Assembly (NCBI GenBank): GCA_035273365.1
Contig: DATEPD010000177.1
Coordinates: 1 to 38,674, forward strand
Direction: 5' to 3'
Length of the DNA stretch: 38,674 nt
Source of the DNA: Nitrospiraceae bacterium
GTDB lineage: Bacteria > Nitrospirota > Nitrospiria > Nitrospirales > Nitrospiraceae
Numbering within the stretch: the first letter of the stretch is position 1; every line of letters starts with the position of its first letter. Both the position numbers and the translations under genes were made by a program. This document shows, piece after piece, positions 27,447 through 36,993 of the stretch. The notes under the pieces are model-generated. The model was given only the letters and a program-made list of their open reading frames with translations. It was not told where the DNA came from and did not search any database.

Positions 27447-28093
27447 GGTAGTTCTCCTAAGATGGTTTCCCCACCTTTGACGTGATCGCCGACGGCAACT
27501 TTGACGGCTGTTCCGAGAGGAAGAAACGTATCCATTCGCGACCCAAATCGAATTAAGCCGAATCGTTCACCCCGCACAGCGCGATCTCCCGGTGAAATCC
27601 AACAGACAATCCGTCTGGCAATCAACCCAGCTACCTGCACACACAGCACCTTTCCACCCTCTACTGTCCGGATCATCAGGGCGTTTTGTTCATTCTGCAA
27701 CGTCGCATCAGGTCTGCTGGCAACACGAAATAGACCCGGTTGATACCGAATCTCCTCGACGACTCCTTCACAGGGGATCCGATTGATGTGCACATCGAAC
27801 ACGTTCAAGAAGATCGTGAGGCGAATGCTGCGATCCTTAATAAATCGGGGCTCGAACTCTTCTTCAATGGCGATCACTTTCCCGTCACCGGACGCCACAA
27901 CGAGGTGAGGCCCCTGAGGGATCACCCGGGAGGGATTGCGAAAGAACCAGGAGACAAAGAGCGTCAGGATTGCCGCCACAACCGCCACAACAATCCAGCC
28001 TAGCCATCCTGCCAGCAGTGTAACGCCGACAGCAGCCCCAATGAAAGGAATACCTTCTTTGGCAAATGGAATGCCGACGGCACGATCTGCCAC
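27443..28093 (-). CDS. psd: Phosphatidylserine decarboxylase (short, Asd-type proenzyme)
   Basis: 216 aa with two N-terminal TM segments. The body is collinear with short PSDs, and FGSRMD near the C-terminus sits at the expected self-cleavage site. Confidence 0.88.
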   Translation of the reverse strand: MADRAVGIPFAKEGIPFIGAAVGVTLLAGWLGWIVVAVVAAILTLFVSWFFRNPSRVIPQGPHLVVASGDGKVIAIEEEFEPRFIKDRSIRLTIFLNVFDVHINRIPCEGVVEEIRYQPGLFRVASRPDATLQNEQNALMIRTVEGGKVLCVQVAGLIARRIVCWISPGDRAVRGERFGLIRFGSRMDTFLPLGTAVKVAVGDHVKGGETILGELP

Positions 28094-28106
28094 TGAGTCC
28101 CCACCC

Positions 28107-29129
<1,023 letters not shown>

Positions 29130-29187
29130 CTAGGTAACACCGGTGTTCGCCAGACTGAACGGATGGGGATAGTGCGCCCGGTAGAGA

Positions 29188-29706
29188 CTATTCGCGGGCC
29201 ATTTTTTTTGCCTGCACGCCCGTCGACCGAATCGACTCGCGAGCGACTGCAACCCGACCGGTACGTGTGAGTTCCTTGATTCCGAGGGGTTGGAGCAGGT
29301 TGATGATCGCTTCGATTTTCCGCGGATCGCCCGTCACCTCGATCGTGTACGTCACCGGCGTGGAATCGATGACGTTGGCCCGGAAAATATCGGCAATCCG
29401 CAACGCTTCTGCACGATCTTCCGACCGCGTATGCACCTTGATGAGCGCCGTTTCCCGCGAGACAAAATCACTCTCATTCAGATCTACAACCTTGATGACG
29501 TCGATAAGTTTATTGAGCTGTTTCACGATTTGCTCGATGATCCGTTCATCTCCAGAAGTGACAATGGTCATCTGCGACATGGACGGATCGAGCGTCGGCG
29601 CCACAGAGAGACTTTCGATGTTGAATCCCCGACCGCTAAACAGGCCAGCGACGCGAGACAACGAACCAAACTTGTTCTCCACGGTGACCGATATAATATG
29701 TTCCAT
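29188..29706 (-). CDS. ilvN: Acetolactate synthase small (regulatory) subunit
   Basis: ACT domain start HIISVTVENKFGSLSRVAGLFSGRGFNIESLSV plus a C-terminal ALS_ss_C-like half. Confidence 0.93.
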   Translation of the reverse strand: MEHIISVTVENKFGSLSRVAGLFSGRGFNIESLSVAPTLDPSMSQMTIVTSGDERIIEQIVKQLNKLIDVIKVVDLNESDFVSRETALIKVHTRSEDRAEALRIADIFRANVIDSTPVTYTIEVTGDPRKIEAIINLLQPLGIKELTRTGRVAVARESIRSTGVQAKKMARE

Positions 29707-29733
29707 ATCCCGCGCGACTCCTGGTACCGTCGT

Positions 29734-31509
29734 TTAGGCCGTGAGGATCGTGTCTGAATCCTTCGGAGCCACCTGTCCCGCTCCAGGCTGCTTGCTTTTC
29801 AAAGCTGGCGGATCTTCCAAAATCATCTCATGGTTGCAGCCGCCAGCGGGAATCATCGGATAGACATTTTCATACGGATACGTCGGCACATCGACAATCA
29901 CCGGTTTGTTCACTGCGATCATTTCCTTGAGGACGGCATCGATGTCAGATGGCGTATTGGCCCTGAGCCCGACCCCTCCATACGCCTCCGCCAGCTTTAC
30001 AAAGTCCGGGGTCGTCTCCAGATAACTCGAGGCATACCGACCCTCGTAGAACAGATCCTGCCATTGTCTGACCATGCCGTGGAACCGGTTGTTGAGCACG
30101 ATAATCTTGACCGGCAACTTATGCACCACCGCCGTCGCCATTTCTTGCATATTCATCTGGACACTGCCGTCGCCGGCGATGCAGAGAACCAGCCGACCGG
30201 GAAACGCGGCCTGTGCTCCCATGGCAGCGGGAAATCCAAAGCCCATGGTCCCAAGACCCCCCGAAGTCAACCAGCGATTTGGCTTCGCTAACTTAAAGTA
30301 CTGGGCGGCCCACATCTGATGCTGCCCAACATCGGTTGACACGATCGGGTCTCGATCTTTCGTGAGTTCGTAGAGACGCCTGATGACGTGTTGCGGTTTG
30401 ATCGGCCCATCCGCTTCTTGGTGATAGGCAAGCGGATGCGCCTGTTGCCATTCGCGGATCTGATTCCACCAGGCCTTGCGCAGTTCCTTCTGATCGCCGT
30501 TCACCGTGGCACGTAGAATCTGAATCAACTCACGAAGCACCTTCTTGCAGTCGCCGACGATTGGGATATCGACATTGACATTCTTCCGAATTGAGGTCGG
30601 ATCGATATCGATGTGGATGACCTTGGCGTGAGGACAAAATTCGGACACTTTTCCGGTGACGCGATCATCGAACCTCGCGCCGATCGCAACGACGAGATCG
30701 GAATAATGCATCGCCATGTTTGCCCAATAGGTTCCATGCATGCCCAACATGCCCAAGGACTGCGGGTGCTCACCAGGAAAGGCCCCAAGCCCCATTAACG
30801 TCATATCGACCGGCATATGAGTCAATTCGGCCAACTCCACCAATTCCTGCGACGCGCCCGAGAAGACAACGCCGCCACCGACATACAGCACAGGCTTCTG
30901 TGCCTTCATCATGGCCTCAGCGGCTTGCTTAATCTGCCACTTATTCCCTTCATACACTGGATTGTAGCTACGGATGGAGACGGAACTCGGATAGGTAAAT
31001 TCCGCTTTATCCATGGATACGTCTTTCGGAATGTCTACTAATACAGGGCCGGGGCGCCCGGTTGTTGCAATGTAGAAGGCCTCTTTGACCGTCGTCGCCA
31101 ATTCGGCCACATTTTTCACAAGAAAATTGTATTTGGTGCAGGGACGGCTCAAGCCGACATTGTCGGCCTCTTGGAATGCATCATTTCCGATAAGACTGGT
31201 AGGAACTTGCCCGCTGAAACAAACCAGCGGCACGGAATCCATATAGGCATCCGCCAACGCCGTGATTACGTTCGTCATACCGGGACCAGAGGTCACAAGG
31301 CACACCCCGGCTTTACCAGTGGCCTTGGCATAGCCTTCCGCCATATGGCCCGCGCCCTGTTCATGGCGAGTGAGGACCACCTCAATATCCTTCTGCTGAT
31401 GAAGCATGTCGAAGATCTTCAGAACGACACCACCGGGAAGCGCAAAAATCGTCTTGACGCCTTCCCGTCTGAGGCATTCGATGAGAATCTCAGCACCGGT
31501 GAGCTTCAT
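29734..31509 (-). CDS. ilvB: Acetolactate synthase large (catalytic) subunit
   Basis: ThDP enzyme with MKLTGAEILIECL, the GDGSVQMNMQEMATAV ThDP motif and an FAD-binding middle domain. The start is moved to ATG 31509, with GGAGG 7 nt upstream inside the longer track ORF. Confidence 0.95.
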   Translation of the reverse strand: MKLTGAEILIECLRREGVKTIFALPGGVVLKIFDMLHQQKDIEVVLTRHEQGAGHMAEGYAKATGKAGVCLVTSGPGMTNVITALADAYMDSVPLVCFSGQVPTSLIGNDAFQEADNVGLSRPCTKYNFLVKNVAELATTVKEAFYIATTGRPGPVLVDIPKDVSMDKAEFTYPSSVSIRSYNPVYEGNKWQIKQAAEAMMKAQKPVLYVGGGVVFSGASQELVELAELTHMPVDMTLMGLGAFPGEHPQSLGMLGMHGTYWANMAMHYSDLVVAIGARFDDRVTGKVSEFCPHAKVIHIDIDPTSIRKNVNVDIPIVGDCKKVLRELIQILRATVNGDQKELRKAWWNQIREWQQAHPLAYHQEADGPIKPQHVIRRLYELTKDRDPIVSTDVGQHQMWAAQYFKLAKPNRWLTSGGLGTMGFGFPAAMGAQAAFPGRLVLCIAGDGSVQMNMQEMATAVVHKLPVKIIVLNNRFHGMVRQWQDLFYEGRYASSYLETTPDFVKLAEAYGGVGLRANTPSDIDAVLKEMIAVNKPVIVDVPTYPYENVYPMIPAGGCNHEMILEDPPALKSKQPGAGQVAPKDSDTILTA

Positions 31510-31653
31510 GACAGAACCTCCATCCATACTCCCAGTGACAACCTGTCGGAGGAATCAGGAGAATGCGATACACTGCATCTCGTCCCAAATGGACCAGAGA
31601 CGCCTTCCACATTTACTCAGAACATTCTGAAAAATCAGGGAGAAAGACATGTG

Positions 31654-31683
31654 ATCCTATCACCACGTGTTTCCACTCGTCAA
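31654..31683 (-). promoter_or_regulatory. Weak candidate sigma70 promoter for the ilvBNC... array
   Basis: On the minus strand this reads TTGACG-N18-TAGGAT, about 140 nt upstream of the ilvB start. Confidence 0.25.
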
Positions 31684-31777
31684 TAGTATGGTTGCTTAGG
31701 AACCTCTCTCTCTGACAGTCTTCCTCTTCACATGATACCCTTGAGGGTCGAATTCGTTGACCCTGAGTGACGCCTCC

Positions 31778-32086
31778 ATGAGCATGCCTGTTCGTGTGAC
31801 GATCCTGTCTCGTGAAGACTGCCATCTATGCGGAGTCGTGCACCGAATCGCGCTGCATCTTCAGTCAGAGCTACACATTGAAACGCGCAAGGTGCCTATC
31901 GAACACGACAGGGTTTTGATGGAGCGCTATGGGATGAGGGTTCCCGTCGTCTTGCTCGACGAAGTCGAACACTTCGCAGGAACGGTAACGGAAGGGGAGC
32001 TACGTCGAGCGATAAAAAAAGCGCGGTGGAGAAGACCTATAAGCCGGATTCTGTCCCGCCTGGGATTTGCTCCCAAACGGGGATGA
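31778..32086 (+). CDS. Glutaredoxin-like thioredoxin-fold protein (DUF836-like)
   Basis: VRVTILSREDCHLCGVV (a CxxC motif) ... ERYGMRVPVVLLD matches small glutaredoxin-2/DUF836 proteins. The start is uncertain: TTG 31757, ATG 31778 or ATG 31784. The last ~20 codons run into the 3' end of rnpB on the opposite strand. Confidence 0.7.
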   Translation: MSMPVRVTILSREDCHLCGVVHRIALHLQSELHIETRKVPIEHDRVLMERYGMRVPVVLLDEVEHFAGTVTEGELRRAIKKARWRRPISRILSRLGFAPKRG

Positions 32087-32451
32087 TCATTTCTCTGGGA
32101 TCCGAGTTACCTCGAACCTCAAGCGACCTACCCAAAGACTCGGCCGGGCCAGCCGGTCGCCGACTCTCCAAAGACAGCCGACAGATGTCTTCCTATTTGG
32201 CCTTGCATCGGGCGACGCTTACCTTGCCGGTGATGTCACCACCACCGCGGTGGGCTCTTACCCCGCCGTTTCACCCTTACCTGAGCCAAGACGACCGGAT
32301 TGGAATCCCGTCGCCTTGGCCATCGGCGGTTTGCTTTCTGTGGTGCTGGTGTCGGATCACTCCGCCTGGGAGTTACCCAGCGCCCTGCCCATGAAGTCCG
32401 GACTTTCCTCTCGAAGCGTTACCGCTCCAAGCGATCACCCAACCTTCTCCC
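32028..32451 (-). ncRNA. rnpB: RNase P RNA, bacterial type A
   Basis: The minus strand carries the universal blocks GAGGAAAGUCCGGAC, CAGGGCGCUGGGUAAC, ACAGAAAGCAAACCGCC, AGGUAAGGGUGAAA, GGUAAGAGC, GCAAGGCCAAAUAGG, GGGUAGGUCGCUUGAG and the P4 3' strand ACAGAAUCCGGCUUAU. All are collinear with E. coli M1 RNA. P1 pairs GGAGAAGG with GGUCUUCUCC. End coordinates are good to about 5 nt. Confidence 0.93.
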
Positions 32452-32463
32452 TCGCGCCAGAGT

Positions 32464-32492
32464 AATATAGGGCTGGATCTCCGAGCTTTCAA
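32464..32492 (-). promoter_or_regulatory. Candidate sigma70 promoter of rnpB
   Basis: On the minus strand this reads TTGAAA (32487-32492)-N17-TATATT (32464-32469), placing the TSS a few nt upstream of the P1 5' strand. Confidence 0.5.
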
Positions 32493-32515
32493 GGGCTCAC
32501 CGCGAATGCCCCGGC

Positions 32516-33379
32516 TTAGTGCACGGCCGGTAAGAGTGCCGCAGGCACCGGGGGTTTGGTCTGGAAAATGGCCATAGCCTCCGGCATCCACTTCTTCAGC
32601 TGGATGATCCTCGTCTCATGGTTCGGGTGAGTCGATAAAAACTCGGACGGGCTGGCGCCCCCGGATAACTGCCCCATACGTTCCCATAGCAAGACGGACT
32701 CACGTGGATCATATCCCGCATCGGCCGCAAGAAGAATTCCGATATAGTCTGCTTCCGATTCATGCTTTCGACTGAACGGCAACAAGACCCCTACCTGCGC
32801 GCCCGCACCGAGGGCTGCCATCGCGGCTTGGGAAAGCATTCCACTACCACCTGCTGCCCCGGTTGCAGCTCCTGCGACCTGCAATGCCGCATTCGTCAGC
32901 TGTCCCTGACTCATCCGTTCGGCGCCGTGACGGGCAAGAGCGTGGACGACCTCATGTCCCAACACTGCCGCCAATCCCGCTTCAGTCCGTGCAACAGGGA
33001 AAATCCCGGTATAGACTGCGATTTTGCCGCCAGGCAAGGCGAAGGCGTTCATGGTTTTATCGTCCTTGATGATCGTCACCTCCCACTGAAACTCCTGCGC
33101 GATCTCGGCATATTTTGATCGCTTCGCCGCCTCGATAATCCGAGCAGCAACTCGCTTAACTGGCTCGATCTCTCGTGGATCCTGCGACTGCCGCATTTTG
33201 GGATCACTCTTTACCTGCTGGTAAGCCTGCGCGCCCATTTGCATTTCTTGCGATACGGAGGTCATAAGCAACTGCGACCGTCCGGTGTAGGGATTGGTTT
33301 CACACCCCACCAGCGAGATAAGCGCCACACTCATCGCAAGAACGATCATCGACTGTGAACGCTGTTTCACTGTGCGCAT
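32516..33379 (-). CDS. M48 family zinc metallopeptidase lipoprotein
   Basis: Signal peptide with lipobox LISLVGC. HEVVHAL (HExxH) with a downstream E...D. The length and layout resemble small BepA/YfgC-like M48 peptidases without the TPR part. Confidence 0.88.
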   Translation of the reverse strand: MRTVKQRSQSMIVLAMSVALISLVGCETNPYTGRSQLLMTSVSQEMQMGAQAYQQVKSDPKMRQSQDPREIEPVKRVAARIIEAAKRSKYAEIAQEFQWEVTIIKDDKTMNAFALPGGKIAVYTGIFPVARTEAGLAAVLGHEVVHALARHGAERMSQGQLTNAALQVAGAATGAAGGSGMLSQAAMAALGAGAQVGVLLPFSRKHESEADYIGILLAADAGYDPRESVLLWERMGQLSGGASPSEFLSTHPNHETRIIQLKKWMPEAMAIFQTKPPVPAALLPAVH

Positions 33380-33424
33380 CGAACGACCTCCCTTTTCAAT
33401 TCGATTCTGTCGACTCCAACAAAA

Positions 33425-33453
33425 TTGACCGCCCCAGATCGGTCTGTTAGATT
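33425..33453 (+). promoter_or_regulatory. Candidate sigma70 promoter for the RNase HIII-like gene
   Basis: TTGACC (33425-33430)-N17-TAGATT (33448-33453), about 35 nt upstream of the TTG start. Confidence 0.45.
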
Positions 33454-33487
33454 ACCGCGCTTCATTGAGAATCTCTACTAGGGGCAC

Positions 33488-34156
33488 TTGCCTGTGATCG
33501 ACAAGACGCCGCACATCTCCATCGAACGCATCGGCATCGACGAATCTGGCAAGGGAGACTATTTTGGTCCCCTGGTCATTGCCGCTGTCTTTGTCGATGC
33601 CACCACACAGAGCGAACTCACGCTCATGAACGTCCGGGACAGCAAGAAGATATCCGACGGCCGTATTCTCGAAATGGCACCCGACATTCGAATAATTTGC
33701 CCTCACAGCATGATCGCAATCGGTCCGCAACGGTACAACGAACTCTATACAAAGATCAGAAACTTAAATCGCCTGTTGGCTTGGGGACACGCCAAGGCCC
33801 TGGAGACCCTCCTAGACAAAGTCTCATGCGGACGGGCAGTCGCGGATCAGTTCGGCGACGAGCGGTTAATTCTAGATGCCCTACAGGAAAAAGGACGCAC
33901 CATCGTCCTGGAGCAGCGGCATAAGGCCGAATCTGATCTGGCCGTGGCTGCCGCTTCGATCCTGGCCCGTGCAGAATTCCTCCTGCGATTGAAACGTCTC
34001 TCGGATGAGATCGGCACGACGTTGCCCAAAGGCGCTTCCTCCGCCGTTGAACTGGCAGGACGCATGATTGTGAAGAAACATGGAGAGGGACGACTGGGGT
34101 CAGTCGCGAAACTGCACTTCAGAACAACTCAGGCTGTTTTGGGAAAAAGAGATTAG
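33488..34156 (+). CDS. RNase HIII-like ribonuclease H (catalytic domain only)
   Basis: GIDESGKGDYFGPLVIAAV, RDSKKISD, NRLLAWGHAKALE, ADQFG and KAESDLAVAAASILAR match the RNase HIII active-site blocks. TTG start. At 222 aa, with only 108 nt of upstream spacer, there is no room for the usual N-terminal substrate-binding domain. Confidence 0.85.
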   Translation: MPVIDKTPHISIERIGIDESGKGDYFGPLVIAAVFVDATTQSELTLMNVRDSKKISDGRILEMAPDIRIICPHSMIAIGPQRYNELYTKIRNLNRLLAWGHAKALETLLDKVSCGRAVADQFGDERLILDALQEKGRTIVLEQRHKAESDLAVAAASILARAEFLLRLKRLSDEIGTTLPKGASSAVELAGRMIVKKHGEGRLGSVAKLHFRTTQAVLGKRD

Positions 34157-34929
34157 ACAGACTCGCCAATCTCAAGAACCGACGTCTTGTCGTGATCGGA
34201 ACCCGTCGCAGTTTCGACAGGAATTTGTCCGTCCCAGTACAGCATACGACGACAATAGGGACAGGTGTGGAGATCTTGTGAGCGTTTCACTTCTGCAATC
34301 AGCTGCGGAGGAAGCTGAAGACGGCATCCGGAACAGATTCCCTCTTTGATCTCAGCAAGTGGTTGATCCTTCCGCGCCGCCTTGATCGTGTTATAGCGGC
34401 TGAGGAGCCCTTTTTCGACATGAGCCGAACGGGCTTGCTGCTGCGCTTCGAGATCCGTCAATTCTGCTGAGAGTGTGCGATCGAGGTCGTCTAGCGCCTG
34501 TTTCCCTTCTCTAAATGCCTTTTCGGTGGCGCTGAGTTTCTCTTGCGCCTCTTTCGCTGTGCGTTGCAGTTGTTCAATCTTCTCCATACTCAGTAAAATC
34601 TTCTCTTCAATGTCCCCTCTCTTCTTGTTGGCAACTTCGATCTCGAATAGATGAGCCTGGTATTCTTTGTTGGATTTCAACTCGGACAGCCGTGACTTCA
34701 TTTTCTCCGTGTGCGCTTCATGCGCTTCAAGGTCTTGTTCATGCGACCGCCGTTCCTTAATAAAAAGCTCGACGGAGGCACTGGTCTGTTGATGACGTTG
34801 CTGAGCTTCTCGAAGTGGGGTTTCAACTGCGTGGAGCCGCTCTGGGATTTTTCGGCGTTGGTCCTTGATCTCCATGATACGGAGATCCAACTTCTGCAGC
34901 TCGATTAGGGGGGAGAGATTCTGGTTCAA
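34153..34929 (-). CDS. COG1579/DUF164-type coiled-coil protein with C-terminal C4 zinc ribbon
   Basis: N-terminal LIELQKLDLRIMEIKDQ, a long coiled coil, then CSGC...(18 aa)...CPYC. TTG start with AGGAG 4-5 nt upstream. Its 3' end overlaps the convergent RNase H gene by 4 nt. Confidence 0.85.
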   Translation of the reverse strand: MNQNLSPLIELQKLDLRIMEIKDQRRKIPERLHAVETPLREAQQRHQQTSASVELFIKERRSHEQDLEAHEAHTEKMKSRLSELKSNKEYQAHLFEIEVANKKRGDIEEKILLSMEKIEQLQRTAKEAQEKLSATEKAFREGKQALDDLDRTLSAELTDLEAQQQARSAHVEKGLLSRYNTIKAARKDQPLAEIKEGICSGCRLQLPPQLIAEVKRSQDLHTCPYCRRMLYWDGQIPVETATGSDHDKTSVLEIGESV

Positions 34930-34980
34930 CGCACTCCTATAGGTGTGGTTCTGAACAACGATCTTGCTCGGCTTTTACGC

Positions 34981-35057
34981 TGGTGGGCCCACTAGGACTT
35001 GAACCTAGGACCAGCTGATTATGAGTCAGCCGCTCTAACCACCTGAGCTATGGGCCC
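34981..35057 (-). tRNA. tRNA with CAU anticodon, probably tRNA-Ile2 (lysidine) rather than elongator Met; CCA encoded
   Basis: The minus strand GGGCCCAUAGCUCAGGUGGUUAGAGCGGCUGACUCAUAAUCAGCUGGUCCUAGGUUCAAGUCCUAGUGGGCCCACCA folds as a 7/4/5/5 cloverleaf. The anticodon stem GCUGA/UCAGC is not initiator-like. C4-G69 and C5-G68 match the E. coli ileX acceptor features as I remember them. Confidence 0.93.
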
Positions 35058-35104
35058 GATCAGGCGGATGACTCTCTCTCGCCTGACCCTCAGACACGAA
35101 CACA

Positions 35105-35133
35105 ATTTTAGGCTGCCTAGAGAGCGGAGTCAA
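35105..35133 (-). promoter_or_regulatory. Candidate sigma70 promoter of the tRNA(CAU) gene
   Basis: On the minus strand this reads TTGACT (35128-35133)-N17-TAAAAT (35105-35110), about 45 nt upstream of the mature tRNA 5' end. Confidence 0.5.
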
Positions 35134-35136
35134 ATC

Positions 35137-35154
35137 TTGTGGAACATTCCACAA
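35137..35154 (-). terminator. Possible rpoD terminator hairpin
   Basis: TTGTGGA-ATGT-TCCACAA (7 bp) lies 5 nt after the rpoD stop. It is followed only by the weak U-run GAUUUGACU. Confidence 0.3.
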
Positions 35155-35158
35155 CGCG

Positions 35159-36991
35159 TCACAGACTTTCCACGAAGCTGCGTAGCTTCTTGCTCCGACT
35201 CGGATGACGCAGCTTGCGCAACGCCTTGGCTTCAATCTGCCGGATACGTTCGCGGGTGACCTCGAAATCCTGCCCGACTTCTTCGAGGGTGTGGTCGGTG
35301 GCTTCGCCGATGCCGAACCGCTTCCGCAAAACTTTCTCTTCTCGTGGCGTAAGCGTTTCTAATGCGCTATTGATCTGTCGCTGGAGATCGTACCGAATTG
35401 CCGCTTCCAGTGGAGAAACCGCCTTCTTGTCCTCGATAAAGTCGCCCAAATGGCTGTCTTCTTCCTCGCCGATCGGAGTCTCCAAAGAAATCGGCTCGCG
35501 AGCGATCTTCAAAATCTTCCGCACTTTGTCGAGCGGCAGATCCATGCGCTCGGCGATTTCTTCCGGCGTCGGTTCGCGTCCGAGTTTCTGGACCAGATGG
35601 CGGGAGGTTCGAATCAGCTTGTTGATCGTCTCGATCATATGTACGGGAATACGGATTGTCCGTGCTTGATCGGCAATCGCGCGGGTAATCGCCTGGCGAA
35701 TCCACCAGGTGGCATATGTACTGAACTTGTAGCCCCGCTTGTACTCGAACTTATCGACGGCCTTCATTAAACCTATATTGCCTTCCTGGATCAAATCAAG
35801 GAACTGGAGTCCGCGGTTTGTGTACTTCTTGGCAATACTGACGACGAGACGAAGATTGGCTTCGACCAGCTCGGCTTTCCCACGCTTGACCTTGTCCTCT
35901 GCCACATCCAGATGCTTGACCGCATCTTTAATCTCTTCCGCGGATACGAGGGCCTCTTCGGTTTCGAGTATTCGAATCCGGCCCTTCGCCGCTTGGTATA
36001 CCTTCTTAATATCGTGTAGGGCCTCCTCTGAGCAGCTCGTCTTGCGTTTGACGGCGAGAAAGTCTTTCCGCTCACGGCAGAGCTTCATAAGGGCCTCAGC
36101 ACCAGCCTCTCCGCTGATCCCAAGCCGCCGCTGGCAACTGACGATCTCCCGCTCCGCCGTCCGGATCTGAATCGCCAGCTCCCTCACACGCTGCACCATC
36201 CGATCTTTCAGCACCCCATGCAGGTTGACGGACTCCATCTTCTCCACGACCTGATCACGAATCGTATCGATCTGTTTCTTAATCTTCTTTTGTTTCGCGG
36301 GATCGCTGTTGGCATGCCGAACAACTTCATAGAGACTCTTGAGGGAAGTCGAGATTTTCCGGACAGAGTTCAGGCCTTCGAGCGTCTTGACCCGAAGCTC
36401 TTCATAGTCCCGCTGGATTTGTTCTTCCTCGAACTCCTCCTCGGTCTCAACAATCGGAACGATCTCACGGACATCGATAGTCCCATTCTTGAGCTGATCG
36501 CACAGTGCGAGGACAAACTCAATCGTCATCGGCATCCCATAAATCACCGAGGCGATGTCTTTCTTCCCCTCTTCGATACGTTTCGCGATCTCGATTTCTC
36601 CCTCCCGACTCAACAGCGCCACACTGCCCATTTCTTTGAGATAGAGGCGGACCGGGTCATCGGTCCTGCTCAGTGCGCCGGGAGTTAAATCGATCTCCTT
36701 TTCTTCCTTCTCATTCTCCTCCCCAGCACCAGCACCGGCTTCGCCCTCTGCTTCCTCGACTTCCTCACTGGCCTCCTCAGTGTCACGGGCTTTCTTGATC
36801 CGCTCGCCCTCCGGTGCGTCGACAATCTCAATGTCCATTTCGCCGAACATCGTCATGATGCTGCCGAACTGCTCGGAGGACACCACTTCTGCGGGCAACG
36901 TGCTGTTCAGCTCGTCGTACGTCAAAAAGCCCTTCTCTTTCCCCATCGAGATCAGCTTCTTCACCTCGCCGAGCAACTCTGGTTTCGCCAT
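35159..36991 (-). CDS. rpoD: RNA polymerase primary sigma factor RpoD
   Basis: Region 1.1 with an acidic linker. Region 2: [37 protein letters not shown]. Region 4.2: [30 protein letters not shown]. Confidence 0.97.
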   Translation of the reverse strand: MAKPELLGEVKKLISMGKEKGFLTYDELNSTLPAEVVSSEQFGSIMTMFGEMDIEIVDAPEGERIKKARDTEEASEEVEEAEGEAGAGAGEENEKEEKEIDLTPGALSRTDDPVRLYLKEMGSVALLSREGEIEIAKRIEEGKKDIASVIYGMPMTIEFVLALCDQLKNGTIDVREIVPIVETEEEFEEEQIQRDYEELRVKTLEGLNSVRKISTSLKSLYEVVRHANSDPAKQKKIKKQIDTIRDQVVEKMESVNLHGVLKDRMVQRVRELAIQIRTAEREIVSCQRRLGISGEAGAEALMKLCRERKDFLAVKRKTSCSEEALHDIKKVYQAAKGRIRILETEEALVSAEEIKDAVKHLDVAEDKVKRGKAELVEANLRLVVSIAKKYTNRGLQFLDLIQEGNIGLMKAVDKFEYKRGYKFSTYATWWIRQAITRAIADQARTIRIPVHMIETINKLIRTSRHLVQKLGREPTPEEIAERMDLPLDKVRKILKIAREPISLETPIGEEEDSHLGDFIEDKKAVSPLEAAIRYDLQRQINSALETLTPREEKVLRKRFGIGEATDHTLEEVGQDFEVTRERIRQIEAKALRKLRHPSRSKKLRSFVESL

Positions 36992-36993
36992 GA

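Noticed and set aside
31555-31650. 31-codon minus-strand mini-ORF in the ilvB 5' region, considered as an Ile/Leu/Val attenuator leader peptide
   Set aside because: It has no run of branched-chain codons and no terminator/antiterminator pair after it. Its ATG lies upstream of the only plausible TSS.
32026-32465. Two plus-strand ORFs of 122 and 132 aa
   Set aside because: Both lie entirely on the antisense of rnpB. The region is explained by RNase P RNA.
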